Source of the DNA: Macrostomum lignano
Taxonomy: Eukaryota
Assembly (NCBI GenBank): GCA_002269645.1
Contig: NIVC01002000.1
Location: 1 to 57,802, forward strand
Length of the DNA: 57,802 bases
Reading direction: 5' to 3'
Positions within the stretch are counted from its first letter, which is position 1. Each line of letters starts with the position of its first letter. The translations under genes were made by a program, and so were the position numbers. Positions 37,497-51,302 of this stretch are shown piece by piece. The notes below the pieces were generated by a model, which was given only the letters and a program-made list of their open reading frames with translations, had not been told where the DNA came from and made no database searches.

Positions 37497-38024
37497 ATAA
37501 TTATAACATAGCTTAGGCCGGCTATATTATTGTATATATAGGGCCTACTATACTATATATCTAGACCATAGCATTAGGCCGGAACTTTTCCGGCGTACAA
37601 AACGGCCACCCTAAGTCCTTGGCATACACAATCGGCATACACAACCCCTGGTGCACTTTGTTGGCGTACACTATTAGCGTACACAAGTAACACAGCCACG
37701 CATACTTTTTTGGCGTACAAATTTTGGTGAATAAATTCATGCCGTGCATGAAAATTATAAAGTAAATTAACGTTTTTATGTAAAGTAAAGGAAAATTTAT
37801 ATCGTCAATGATAAACTTTTTGCTTATTTTAAGTTAAAAAAAATAAAATTAGTGTAAAATTTTGCTGAAAGTATTAATTTTTCATAATATTTTTTGTAGG
37901 TAGTATTTAAGTTTGTTTAAACTGAAAAAATTCGTAATATTTTAAAGACACTTTTCATACCAAAGCATTTCCTAGAAAACTCTACTCGTGAAAACCGAAT
38001 GACCTTTTTTAGGAATTTTTGGTG

Positions 38025-39142
38025 TAAATTTTAGTGCAACTTTTTGTTTTTGGCATACACTGGCGTACAAAGTCCTTGACGCCCGAATTTTTTCCGGCGT
38101 ACACGGGTACATGATCCGCACACTGGATCAGGCTTACCGCCTGAGGCATTATGACAAAAATAGGCCTAAGTAAATTAGTAAAATATTAGGCCTAGGTCCT
38201 AATTTTATTAATATTAGCTATTAGGGCCTATTGGGAAAAAATGATCACAGTACATAATACTAATAGGCAAAATGTATTATAAAAATGTTAAAAAATATGA
38301 ATAAGCAGGGTCAATAAAGAATATGCAGTCTAAAAATAAAAAACAGTCCTGTGTAAGAGAAGCTGGTCAGGGCCAACGCTATGTCAAATCTTGATTTAGA
38401 CTCTACTCTAGTAGTAGTAGGCCTTGGCCTACATGTAAACAAAAATATAACAAAATCAGTCATCATAGGGCATAGACAGTTTAAATAAATTTAACTACGA
38501 ACATTAATCAATTTTGAATGCCTAAGACTTCAATTAATTTCGAATTAAGATTATTTTTATCATTATTAAACTCATAAAACCACCGTAATTTTAGCTGCAA
38601 CTTTTTTGTTTTTGGCATACACTGGCGTACAAAGTCTTGACTTGCCACCGAATTTTTTCCGGCGTACACGGGTACATGATCCGCACACTGATCAGGCTTA
38701 CGCCTGAGGCATTATACAAAATAGGCCTAAGTAAATTAGTAAAATATTGGCCTAGGTCCTAATTTTATTAATTAGCTATTAGGGCCTATTGGGAAAAATG
38801 ATCACAGTACATAATACTAATAGGCAAAATGTATTATAAAAATGTTAAAAAATATGAATAAGCAGGGTCAATAAAGAATATGCAGTCTAAAAATAAAAAA
38901 CAGTCCTGTGTAAGAGAAGCTGGTCAGGGCCAACGCTATGTCAAATCTTGATTTAGACTCTACTCTAGTAGTAGTAGGCCTTGGCCTACATGTAAACAAA
39001 AATATAACAAAATCAGTCATCATAGGGCATAGACAGTTTAAATAAATTTAACTACGAACATTAATCAATTTTGAATGCCTAAGACTTCAATTAATTTCGA
39101 ATTAAGATTATTTTTATCATTATTAAACTCATAAAACCACCG
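38025..39142. repeat. ~560-bp tandem duplication (38025-38585 / 38586-39142)
   Basis: Two copies differing mostly by 1-nt indels. Confidence 0.9.
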
Positions 39143-41126
39143 AAGTAACGTAACGTAAAATTGAACGGTAAACACAAGTTCGAAAAGTAGCATTTTTCGT
39201 TAATAACGACCTGAAATTAATAGTTTGCTTCTTTGCTTTATTTCCATATAATTAATATGGAAAAATTAAATAATTACGACACCGCAACTCTCAGTAGGTT
39301 AAATGCAATTTGAATTTATAAGCCAGCAAAATTGAGCTTTAAAACCGATTTCTTGTTAAATCAATTAGAAGTATACACACAAATTATCAAAAATGCATGG
39401 ACATGTACATGTGTATGTATTGTTATATGTACACACTTGTTACGCATGAATGTATGACGCGATTATGGTATTGATGTCAAGACATATTCATGCAGTAACT
39501 ATTAATCCTGCATTTTACTACTGGTAGAACTGTACAAATGAACACCACCGGAGTAACGTACAGTAAGACCAAACCAGATCGAGAGGTTCAATGGAAATTA
39601 AACACTAAAACACACAGGTTGAGGCTATATAGCCAAAGGCTATTTCAAATGAGAAAACTTTCGAAACCTTCAACAAGAACCACTGTATATAACAGGAGTC
39701 CAGGACGTAAAACTCAAATTAAAATGATCGTGTAAATTAAATTTTCATGAGGTCGTCGATTTCCTGGAAAAAAATTGCAGAGATATAGGTCGAAAAATCA
39801 CTTTTTTCATCACAAAATTAATGATTGCATTTGATCTATATCTATGGCAGTGAAGATTACCATTCTTTTTATTTTTTATACAGTTACCTGGTCCTTAAAT
39901 AAGTCACCAAAAAGTAAGCGCAGATAGAAACAGCAGCCACAAAAGCACGTCAGCCCAAGCACTTGTTTTAGGAAATCATCCAACAGAACAAATTTATAGA
40001 AATCGACAGAAATTTTTCTGTCCTTTGTAAAGGATGCATAATTCTTCATTGCAATAGATACACTAATTATTGAAAATATATTATAAAGCTGTGCGCCCTT
40101 AAACATAGGGCTTGAACAAGATGGTTTTAGTGTAGTACGCATACTTCATACATAGCAAATGATCGTTTTAAATACAGACAATTCAACATTAATGAATGAT
40201 TAATACAGCGCAAGCAAAATTGCAACTCCCATGCAACAGTGTCATCAAAAAGACTGTTTCAAAATTTAACTAGATATGAACTTGTACGATGTCAGTTTAA
40301 ATTGTCATAAAATTCAGCTATGCTGCGTGAGCGACCAGATGTGCAGAAGTGGAAAATGAACTATACGAGTACAATAAGCTGGTGAAGAACTTGCTTTTTC
40401 GTTTCTGAAAGCTGCAATTCCTTATTTTGTGAGCGTTTTTAAAAGATCGAAGCGCTGCATCCTAAAGTATAGCAAATTGATCACAAAACAGTTGATTTTG
40501 CCTTATTAATATAACTAAAGATTGTTTCTCTTGCATTGTGTATTTCATTGCCAACCTCTCGCTTACTTGGGACGTTAAATTAGGCAGATTCCCCGTTTGT
40601 TTAGCCGACATTTGCATCTCATCCGGTGCCGAATCGCGGGTCCGGGTCGCCTAAAGTGGCTGCCGTGTCCAAATTTTATCTGAGGAGTTTATCCCGTGTT
40701 CAATATTTTGGATAATGAACTGGCTAAACATCCGGCTAGCAACACTCGGCTAGCAACATCCGGTTAGCAAACATCCGGTCATAGCAAACATCCGATCATA
40801 GCAAAATCTTTCAACAAAATTTTTTAGAACTGTTTTGCTCAACAAAATGCATTGCTCAGATACTGCACGCGAACTTAGCAGACATTCATGAAAGAGGTAG
40901 TCGGCGAATTCTCAGGATGCAGCGTTACAGTATCAAAACGTACAGTACAACAAACAAAACACCCCTCTAGTGCCCGTTCAGCTCTGCTTCCTTACGTTGG
41001 GTGTAGGGGAATCTGTTTCAATTGGGTTCAAGCTTCGCATAAATGGCACTGTAAAGATAATCAAGGGCAGCTGGTCTTGGTACTTGATCCACAAAACCGG
41101 GTGGCACGTGCACCCAAACCCGTAGG

Positions 41127-41994
41127 TCACGCCAACGCCAGGGGTCTGTGGATTCGTGCCTCCGCTTTCCACGACTCTGAACTGGCGTCTTCGTCTTCGT
41201 TGTCGCCCAACGAGTGTCGGCCGCTGTTCCTGCCGGAGGCACGATTCAGTGAATTCAACGGCAGCGTCTCACCTTGGTCACTTGTGAGCATGATGTGAGC
41301 ATGATCACCGGCCGAATCGTCCTGCTTCACACTGGATTTGTTGTCGTCGTCGTCATTGTCGTCGCCAAAGATGTCGCCGATGGCGTCCTCCTCGCAGTCG
41401 CCGTCGCAGACGCCTTCGCCGGCTCCGCTGCCGCCGTCATCGTCGCTTTTTTCGTCCTCTTCTAGTGCTGCAGGATTTTTCCGCTTCCGTCGCTTGTCTC
41501 TCAGGTGTTTGTAGATGTTGAACGTGGTCAGGTAGAAGTATTCGCAGACCTCAAATAGCACCGTTATGGTTAGGCCGATGGTCACCGAGCCCAGACCGCC
41601 AATTTGAGCTAGCAGGGTGGAGAGCGTCACCTGCAGAGTCTCAGTCTTCAATATCGTGTTGTAGGTTGCCCTGGAGACGGTCACCAGCGTCAGGCGGCTT
41701 ATGTCCGGTTCACTGGTGTTGCTCAGCAGCTGTCGCTGCTCATTTGGCGAATCAATGAAACTCATCAGCCTCCTGCGAGCCTCCGCCACCTCGGCCTCGC
41801 TGGAGTGGTGATCGATCATGATGTCCCAGGCGGGGGCCAGCTGCAGGACGAGTTTGAGCTGCCATCGGGTCGGCATCCATTGGGCGGAGCTGACCTGCAT
41901 ATCGAATTGGTTGAAGTTGCACCTTCTCAGACAGGTGGTGGTGCGCAGCTGCGCTATGCGATGCGGCAGCTTGATGTTTCTAACGCAGTCAAGC
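41127..41994 (-). CDS. DEG/ENaC channel, coding exon 2 (Cys-rich end, TM2, acidic tail)
   Basis: atattcag|g acceptor, phase 2; CLRRCNFNQFDMQVSSAQW and TM2 LLAQIGGLGSVTIGLTITVLFEV; stop at 41127. Confidence 0.88.
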
Positions 41995-42631
41995 CTGAAT
42001 ATTGAAGGGAATAAACATCAATGATGCGGATTCATTTACCTTTCGAAATGGATTAATATACTTAAAATTACCATCATATGATTAATTGGCGAGAATATGA
42101 GGTATTCATTTTGATGCTCAAATAGATCATGCAAGAAGCTCTTGAACAAATTTCTATAGTGCTAACCCTGGATAGCTGAAGCAGATCGCGCTGAGTGGGG
42201 TTTTGCATAGACAAATTCGAACAAGAAAAAAATTGAAAAAATGTTTTAGAACTAGCAGGTGAGATATTGTGAATTTAGAGCTAAAAATGGAAATATTCTC
42301 ATCTCGCCAATGCATTTTGCAACGAAAACATGCAGGCCTCCAGCAAAAACTTGCAAGATTTTGCGAGTGTAGCTTTTGTACCCAATGGTGTCAAATCTTT
42401 TCAAAGCCGCACCTACAGACGCCAGTAACTGACTGCAGATTTTCATTTTACACACAACAGATACGCGAGTTTGTGCTTAAAGTTTTACTTGATTTATCAT
42501 AACTTCAGTTGGGATCAGCCGATTTTTGTAAAGTTGGTCTCAGATTTAGGCTAAACGAGTTCTCCGACGTATTTCAAGTTAAAACTCATGCAACCCTATG
42601 ACAAACTTTTGAGAATACAGCATCAAAGTAA

Positions 42632-42880
42632 GGGGGTTGCAGCCTAGTGGTTCGGACTCACGACTGAAAGGTCGGGAGTTCGATTCTCAACCCACTCAGA
42701 ACAATTTGTGTCCCCGAGCAAGACACTTAACTCTGCATTGGTTCAGTTCACCCAGTTGTAAAATGGGTGCCAGCATTAGCTGGGGTAATTGAGGGTGTGT
42801 GTGGCGACCCCCCAGTCCTTGAACTGAACAGCCGTACGCAGCCTTCAGATGCAGCCCCATTAGGGCAGGTGTAATAAAAA
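42632..42880 (+). mobile_element. Near full-length tRNA-derived CORE-type SINE
   Basis: A-box-like tgcagcctagtgg, B-box-like gagttcgattctc, CORE-like tgtgtccccgagcaagacacttaactc...tgtaaaatggg, A-rich end; lies in the DEG/ENaC intron. Confidence 0.75.
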
Positions 42881-43073
42881 GCTATCAATGTACGAGCTCA
42901 TGAGGGCTTGTTTTGCTTAGATTTTTTCATGCACTCATGAGCTCCCGAAAGATTACTTGATTGATTGCAGGAAAGTCCTGATCCTGAGATTGAGCTATCG
43001 AAAAAGATGGACTCGTGTCATAAAAAGGGATGACATAAGACATGCATAACTGAATTTGATGCACTTTTCCCAC

Positions 43074-44164
43074 CTGGATAACAAGCTTGAAGTATTCTCG
43101 CCTTCGTGATAGTGACAGAATGGTGTATTCCTCGTTGGCACCTGCGTCACCAAGTGGAAGGCGGACACGCAATTGCACTCGCCAAGGATCAGCTGACCTA
43201 TAGCCTGGCTCATGCACGCGTCGAATGTGTAATTGTAGGTCTCGTCAAAGTCTCTGAGCACCCGTTGCTTGGCAGTTTTCTCCGAGTCCAGGCAATTGCT
43301 TCGCTGATTGCCGAGATTCAGACGCCTGTGCTGCACCAAAGTGTACCGAATCTCCGTGTTGCGGCCCATGCCAACGCTGATGGCGCTCTCGTCGATGTTC
43401 GGGTGGCTGCCCTGCTCGTGCAGGGAGATCTTCAGACCTTGCGACTGGCTGAACAAGTCGAACACATGGCCCTGCAGCGGCAAAGGCTGCGCAACTCCGG
43501 AGCGAAGGATCAGCGAGACGGAAGACACGTCGAGGGTGTCCTCCTGATCGACCGTGACAGTGTAGCAGTTGAGGTAGAGCGGGTGACGAACCCATTTCAC
43601 TGACAGGCGACAGATCTCGTCGTGACTGACGCTGGGATTGTTATTCGGCGTGTGCTTCATCAGGCAGAACACGAGCAAGTCCTCCGGGCGCATGCCGATT
43701 CGCCTGGCCTCGGTGATGTCAATGTTCTGAAAGTACGTGGATATCTTGTCAGCGTAGAATACGTCCTTGGCCGCGTAGAACTGCGACAATCGTCGGCTCG
43801 TGCCGTTGCCGAACGCGTTGCGCATGCTGCGTTTCATGGCCGCGTGCAGGTGCATCGGCGACATGATAGTGCCGTTGCTCCACAGGCTGGCCGCGTGGTC
43901 ACCCATTGGGGCCTGACTGCATAGCGTGATTGACGGCAGCGGCGTGATGTCCTGGATGCGTTCGCTCTGCTGCACAGTGACATAAAAGCCGCTATAGTGC
44001 TCGATAAGGAAATAGCAAGCGGTGATCCATAAGGACAGCATCGAGATGGCGTACAATGCCCACAGGCAGCGCAGGAATCTATGCGGAGTCTTGTACAGCT
44101 TCATGAAGCCACGCATCGAGGTATTGAAGACGAACGTCTCTGCGAGCATGCGCAGGACGCCCAT
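43074..44164 (-). CDS. DEG/ENaC (amiloride-sensitive channel family), coding exon 1; total about 652 aa
   Basis: ATG at 44164; FVFNTSMRG pre-TM1, TM1, LPSITLC, HPLYLNCYTV, GLKISLHEQGSHP, YTFDAC...CNC; ag|gtggga donor (phase 2) joins exon 2. Confidence 0.9.
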
Positions 44165-45628
44165 GACGGCTAATTGAGCAGAGCGGCCAGATGTCTCAGC
44201 GTGAAACAACTCAAACTGCAGGAGAAACAAGCACTTAGGCGCAGCCCGCTTAATTCAAGCCTTTCATTTTTACTCCATTGCCGATTTAAATAGAGCTCTC
44301 CGGCTCCGACGAAAAAAGAAAAAAGAGAGAAAGAACATCAAAAACGCTTCTGCTCTGCCCCGGTGTCGACTCCTCCTGCTAGCCCGCTCCAACCCCAACC
44401 CAGACAGGAAAAAAGTGCACACCCGGTGGGCTGGCGGCCGATTCTCATTGGCTGCAGCCGAGGCCGCGGCCCGCCCCATGCAGCCACAGTTGCACTCTCC
44501 GACACGCAGTCACAGGATCGCACAGGCATGCAGGCCTGGCATACAGAAAGCCAACTAGAGAGAATTGAATGAAGCCTAAGCTGGATGCACAGAGAGAATC
44601 TGACACTCACTGCACAATTCTCATGCAGTGGAAATACAACAGACGGCTAGCTCCAGCATGCAGTTTCAATATGCTTTGAAGCTTGCCCGGACAGATGAAT
44701 GGAGGAAAGTAGGGTCCAGCACAGGGCATTTTCTACGAAGCCTTCTCCAGGGCGGCCGCAATAATAGTTACCTGAAGAGCCCTGTCGCTTTCAGTCAGTC
44801 TCAGAGCTGTCTGTGACAGCGGGCGTTATCTCGAAACAGAATGCCCCATAGTCACTTCTTTTGCTCCCTAACTATTATATTATAAGAGTCCATTATTGTC
44901 GGAATTACAGCTCGCCACCCCCACCAGTTGTCCTTAAATAATCTGCCTCCGTAAGTTGAAAAAACTCCAAATTGCAAAATTCGGTTCGATCTGATACTTT
45001 TAAAATTGCTCTTCCCCCCAAGTGAATCCGACTGCAGATTAAGAACGAGCTCAAGAACGAGCTGCTTCGAGCGGCACCTATATTATATTGTACAGACGTA
45101 CGCAGCATTGTAAAAACAACAGAAGTTAGCTAGTAGCAGCTAGTTTGAGGCCAACCCAGCAATAAAACGAAGCCGCGCGGCGCCACTAGAAGCGGCAGAA
45201 ACAGACGCACACCAAACTGACTGTGCAATATCTGCTCAAGCGAAGCTTTTACTAATAAACTGCAATGAGCGGCTTGAGCGCCCGGGCGCAAAACGATGCA
45301 ACCTTGACTAGGCCAGCCCTGGCGCACCGCGTGACCCAGAAACGAATCGCATATACTCGTAGTAAGGTAGGAGTAAGCCAAGGGCCCAGAGATTAACAAT
45401 TGCTTCGGATTTGTCTATCAAATATCGTCCTTGGGTCGGTCTAAATGCTAATTTAGATAAGAGAAGAAAAATTAGAGTCTTAACCGAATGAACTGCCCTA
45501 GAAACTAGAAATAATAAAACAAACTTAGCCCAGTTTTAACTTTGACAGATCTTAGCCTGCCGATAACACCTCCGCGTACCTGAACGGTTTCTGAAAACTC
45601 GCAGCGGAAGCAGATCCCACGCGCATGC

Positions 45629-45738
<110 letters not shown>

Positions 45739-45955
45739 AGGTCACGGCGTATTAAAATATTATTTTAGAAAATAGGCGACCGGTTTCATGCCTCTAGGCT
45801 CTTCGTCAGGCCAAAAATCTGTGTGTAATGCAAAGCAAGTTGGTCTTTTAAGCATTATTTTTCTTAGTCTGATAAAATTGATGAGTAGTTGTACCTATGA
45901 GGGATGTACATTTAAAACCCTGTTTTGCCTAGCTCTAACTTGTCCCAGAGGCTTT

Positions 45956-46780
45956 GACTTACTTGACTTAGCTGCAGGGCTGTCCCGGAGGGGACACAGC
46001 GGGAAGGCGCGGGCGCCCATTCCGCTAGTCCCTGAACGGCCGACGCGTCGCTATGGACGGAGGGTTGGCGCCGCCCAGGGAGGTCCCCCAGTGTCGCCAG
46101 CAGCTATAGTGCTCTCTGGAAAGGAGAGTTCAGCCCTGCGGGTGGCCCGAAGGTAGCGCATGAGCTGATTAAAGTTTTCGGGTTTGCACGCTTCAGTAAT
46201 AGATGTGTGTGGCCCGAGGTAAGTGAGTCTGGCCCGCGTGAAGGCGGGACAGATGCTGACGAAATGCTCAGCGGTTTCGTCACCTGAGTTGCAGAAACTA
46301 CAGGTAGCGTTGGTGGCGTTGCCCTGCAGGTACTGGTGCCTGGAGAAACAGCCGTGACCAGAGAGGGTCATGGTGGCAGCCCGGATGTCTCTGCGCGAGA
46401 GGCACAAGAGGAGCTTCCGGAGCTGGTGAGAGGGCTGAGGGACAGCGCCTCTGGATTGCCTGCAGGTAGTGCAGTTCGCCCAAGTCGAGCGGTGCTGAGT
46501 CCTGATCCACGCTTTGATGCGCGAGTCGATGACACAGCCAGGAATCGGGACAAGGGGTTCGGAACCGAGAGAGGAGCCGGAGGCACCAACTTTTGCAAGG
46601 GTGTCAGCCAACTCATTTCCTCGGATCCCCACATGCCCCGGAACCCACTTAAGGGTAATTTTGTTGGTGGAACCCAACACGTTGAGGAGTTTGATACAGT
46701 CGAGGACTGTAGCAGAGTTGGTGCTGCAGCCACTGATGGCGTGCAAGGCAGCTTGGCTGTCCGAATGGAAGATGAGACCT
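45956..46780 (-). mobile_element. 5'-truncated LOA/R1-like LINE (RNase H C-half, CCHC knuckle, 3' UTR)
   Basis: FHSDSQAAL...LKWVPGHVGIRGNELADTLAK (RNase H); CSFC...ETAEHFVSIC; tail taagtcaagtaagtcaa; flanked by 9-bp direct repeat agaggcttt (45947-45955, 46781-46789). Confidence 0.85.
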
Positions 46781-47032
46781 AGAGGCTTTTCACCATTCAT
46801 TTCAATCGACAGTATATTTATTATATAAAAATGTTTTTTTTTCGAAGTACTATACGATTGTCGATTAGATGAAATGCCGGTATTGAGGGTACGAGCATAA
46901 AAATCGATTTGTGCGTACAATTAAGTAGTTTGGATAAAATAAATGACAAAGTGAATAAATATTGTACTTCAATAGGGTAAAGTGAGCGCATTGGTTAAAA
47001 TGATGCAATGGTTTCCTGGCTGACACTTAAAC

Positions 47033-49221
47033 TTATTGGGAGCCAGGAGGCTCTGTAAATTTCGTTGCCGTGTAAATGCGGGAGCCTGGTTTATTTTGTA
47101 GTTTATCAAAGTTTTTAGCAATCTCGTTGGCGAGCCAGACCGTAGATGGGTGAAAAGGAAGGACCATTGGGATGGGTCGGAGAAGATGATTGTCGACCCT
47201 GATGTTCGTACCTGGCGGTTTGTCAGTCCCCAGTTTTTTAATCCAGATTTCTTCCCTTAGTTCGATTTTGTTGTTATTAAGAACTTGTTCGATAGCAATG
47301 GAGACAAAGTTTGCAATCGAGTGATTGGGGGTGAGAAAATGCTCTGACCCCGAAGTTACGACTCTCCTGTTAATATTTGACCTGTGCTGGTTCATTCTAT
47401 CTCTCATTGTTCTTCTAGTCATCCCTACATAGAAGATTTTCCCAGGGTGGCACTGGTTGCAGGAGATGCCATAGATGATGTTCTTGGAGCCACAGGACAG
47501 GCTCTGAGAGATTAAAAAACCGGAAGCCGGTTTCAGTCCCTGGGCGGAGAGAGCAGGCGGTGAGTGAGTGCAGCATTTGCAGCGGGATGACCCACAGGGA
47601 TGGAACCCTTTGGGAAGCAGACCCAGATTGGTCGTTGGTCCTGCAGTCCAGTTCATAAGTATGAGGACATCCTTTTTGCAGTTTCTAAGAAAAATCTTCG
47701 AGTAGCCTAATTGCTTGAGTTCCGATTTTAAAGAATTGAAAGCATCGTTGAAAGACTTGTAGTCATCACAGATACGAGCGTACCGAAGGATTTGGGATTT
47801 TACTACCCCCTTGAAGGTGTGTGACGGATGGAAGGACTGTCGGTGCAACAATCTATGAGTGTCTGTTTCTTTTGAAAACAATTGTGTTGTGAAGCGGTTT
47901 TCAGCTTTCCTGATGGTCATGTCAAGGAAACTGACCTCAGTTGATGAGGAGCTGACGGTGAGTTTGATGTTGGGGTTGATTGAATTTAGGTGTACAACAA
48001 ATTCTGTCAGAGTTTCAGCCGGGTGGTCCCAGTGAATGAAGATATCATCTATGTACCTAAAATAGATGTTCGGCTTATAAAGAGCAGTTCTCAGGGCAGT
48101 TTCCTCCCAGAGGCTCATGAAGAGACAGGCATAGCTGGGCGCAAATATGCGCCCCATGGCTGTACCTCTAAGTTGTAGGAAAATCATTTTGTCAAATTCG
48201 AAGTCATTCCTGTACAAACATAGTTCCAGTAGCTTTATTATCTCAGCATCCGGTCTAATGGGATCCGGGTATCGGTTAAAGAATTCCTGGATCGCTGCAA
48301 TGCCCTGATCTATTGGGATCATGGAGTACAGACTCTGGACATCACAGGTTGCCAGAGTCGAACCTTCCGTGCAGCTTTTATCCATAAGGTGTGCCTTGAA
48401 GTCATAGGAGTCCTTAATGAAAGTGGGTTGCGCTTGGGCAATCGGTTTTAGAAAGAAGTCTATGTACTTTTCTGCCCCAATTGCTTCAGAACTACATCCG
48501 CTCACAATAGGTCTGCCTGCTGGGACCCGAAAGGGGATCAGCCAGGTGGCCGGGTCCTTGTGAATTTTTGGGAGCAGGTAGAAATGCCGGGGACGGAAGT
48601 TCTCTCCGGGACAAAGAAATGCACACTGTTTCTTAGATATGAACTTTCTGTTACATAAATTGAGGAAGATCCCCCTAATAAGTTCCGCAGTCACGGGTTG
48701 CAATGGCTGGTCCAGCTGTTGATAGGCATCAGTGTCAAACAGTTGGTTGTAGGCTGCAAATTCGTAGTCCTTAGGGTGCATGATGACCACTGCGTTGCCT
48801 TTGTCCACCTTTTTTATAAGGACGGAGCTGTTTCGCTTGAGCCTCTGAATCGCCCTGGTCTCTGGTGCCTCTAGGTTGCCTTTGATCTGTCCCGTTGTCA
48901 AATTCTCTACCAGATTTTGGTTCTCAAGTACCAGCAAGTTGCACTCATCCCTTCTAAGTCTGAGGGGAACCTCCTTCCCTGATTTCCCGGTGAAGGGGGG
49001 CGGGCTGGTATTGGCGAGACCCCTCTTTTTGAAAAAGTCTTTCCAGAAAAGTTTACGATGAAATTCCGTCACGCAGTTCCTCAACTCATCGAAATCAAGG
49101 GCTTGGGTTGGGATAAAATTGAGTCCCTTATCTAGCAGCCTCGTCTCAGACTCGGAGAGTTTGAAGGTGGGGTGTAGATTTAAAATGTTGCCTTCCAGTT
49201 TGGGAGGCCTACAGTAGTCAG

Positions 49222-49231
<10 letters not shown>
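47033..49231 (-). CDS. Penelope-like element ORF2: RT + Cys linker + GIY-YIG endonuclease (Neptune-type), uninterrupted
   Basis: NILNL...LLDKGLNFIP N-terminal region, DKGNAVVIM, FYLLPKIHK, GRPIVS, DVQSLY, GTAMG, YFRYIDDIF, FLDM, CGSSRCKCC linker, NIIYGISC...YVGMTRR. No ATG before the DKG motif. Confidence 0.95.
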
Positions 49232-50932
<1,701 letters not shown>

Positions 50933-51302
50933 TTGAAGTACAATAAGCTCAAGCTTGGTCGGTTTGCACTTTTTATGGGGCTCGTAATACCTGAATTTTT
51001 AAAGCCCTATCTCATTCGCAGTCTTCATTTTGCCTTGCACCAAGGCTGATCACTACATGTTTGCATCGACAGTAACTCCAGCTGGCAGACCGCATCATCC
51101 GCGCCGAGTCGTACTGCCCGCAGCTGGTGCAAGAGGTGTCACTACCTGACCCTGCAGCCACATTAACTGCGAGGACAGTCGTGCACTCGGTGTTTCGTCG
51201 ACTGCCGCTGACCGGCGCCAACGCCCCGGATTTGATCGGCGGTGCCATTCTTCGGGGTGACTGAAGAATCGGCCTGGGGCAGTGGGTGACTGAAGAATCG
51301 GG

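Noticed and set aside
38025-39142. Biologically meaningful segmental duplication
   Set aside because: Copies differ by indels only, as in the lgl duplication; probable assembly overlap error.
42632-42705. Functional tRNA gene
   Set aside because: No complete cloverleaf or T-run terminator; continues into a SINE body present twice in the window.
50933-51255. Missing AlkB N-half (VISLGARQ; KFR...KLEL) upstream of the pLTR copy
   Set aside because: Fragments are in different frames with stops, the spacing is wrong and there is no HxD motif.
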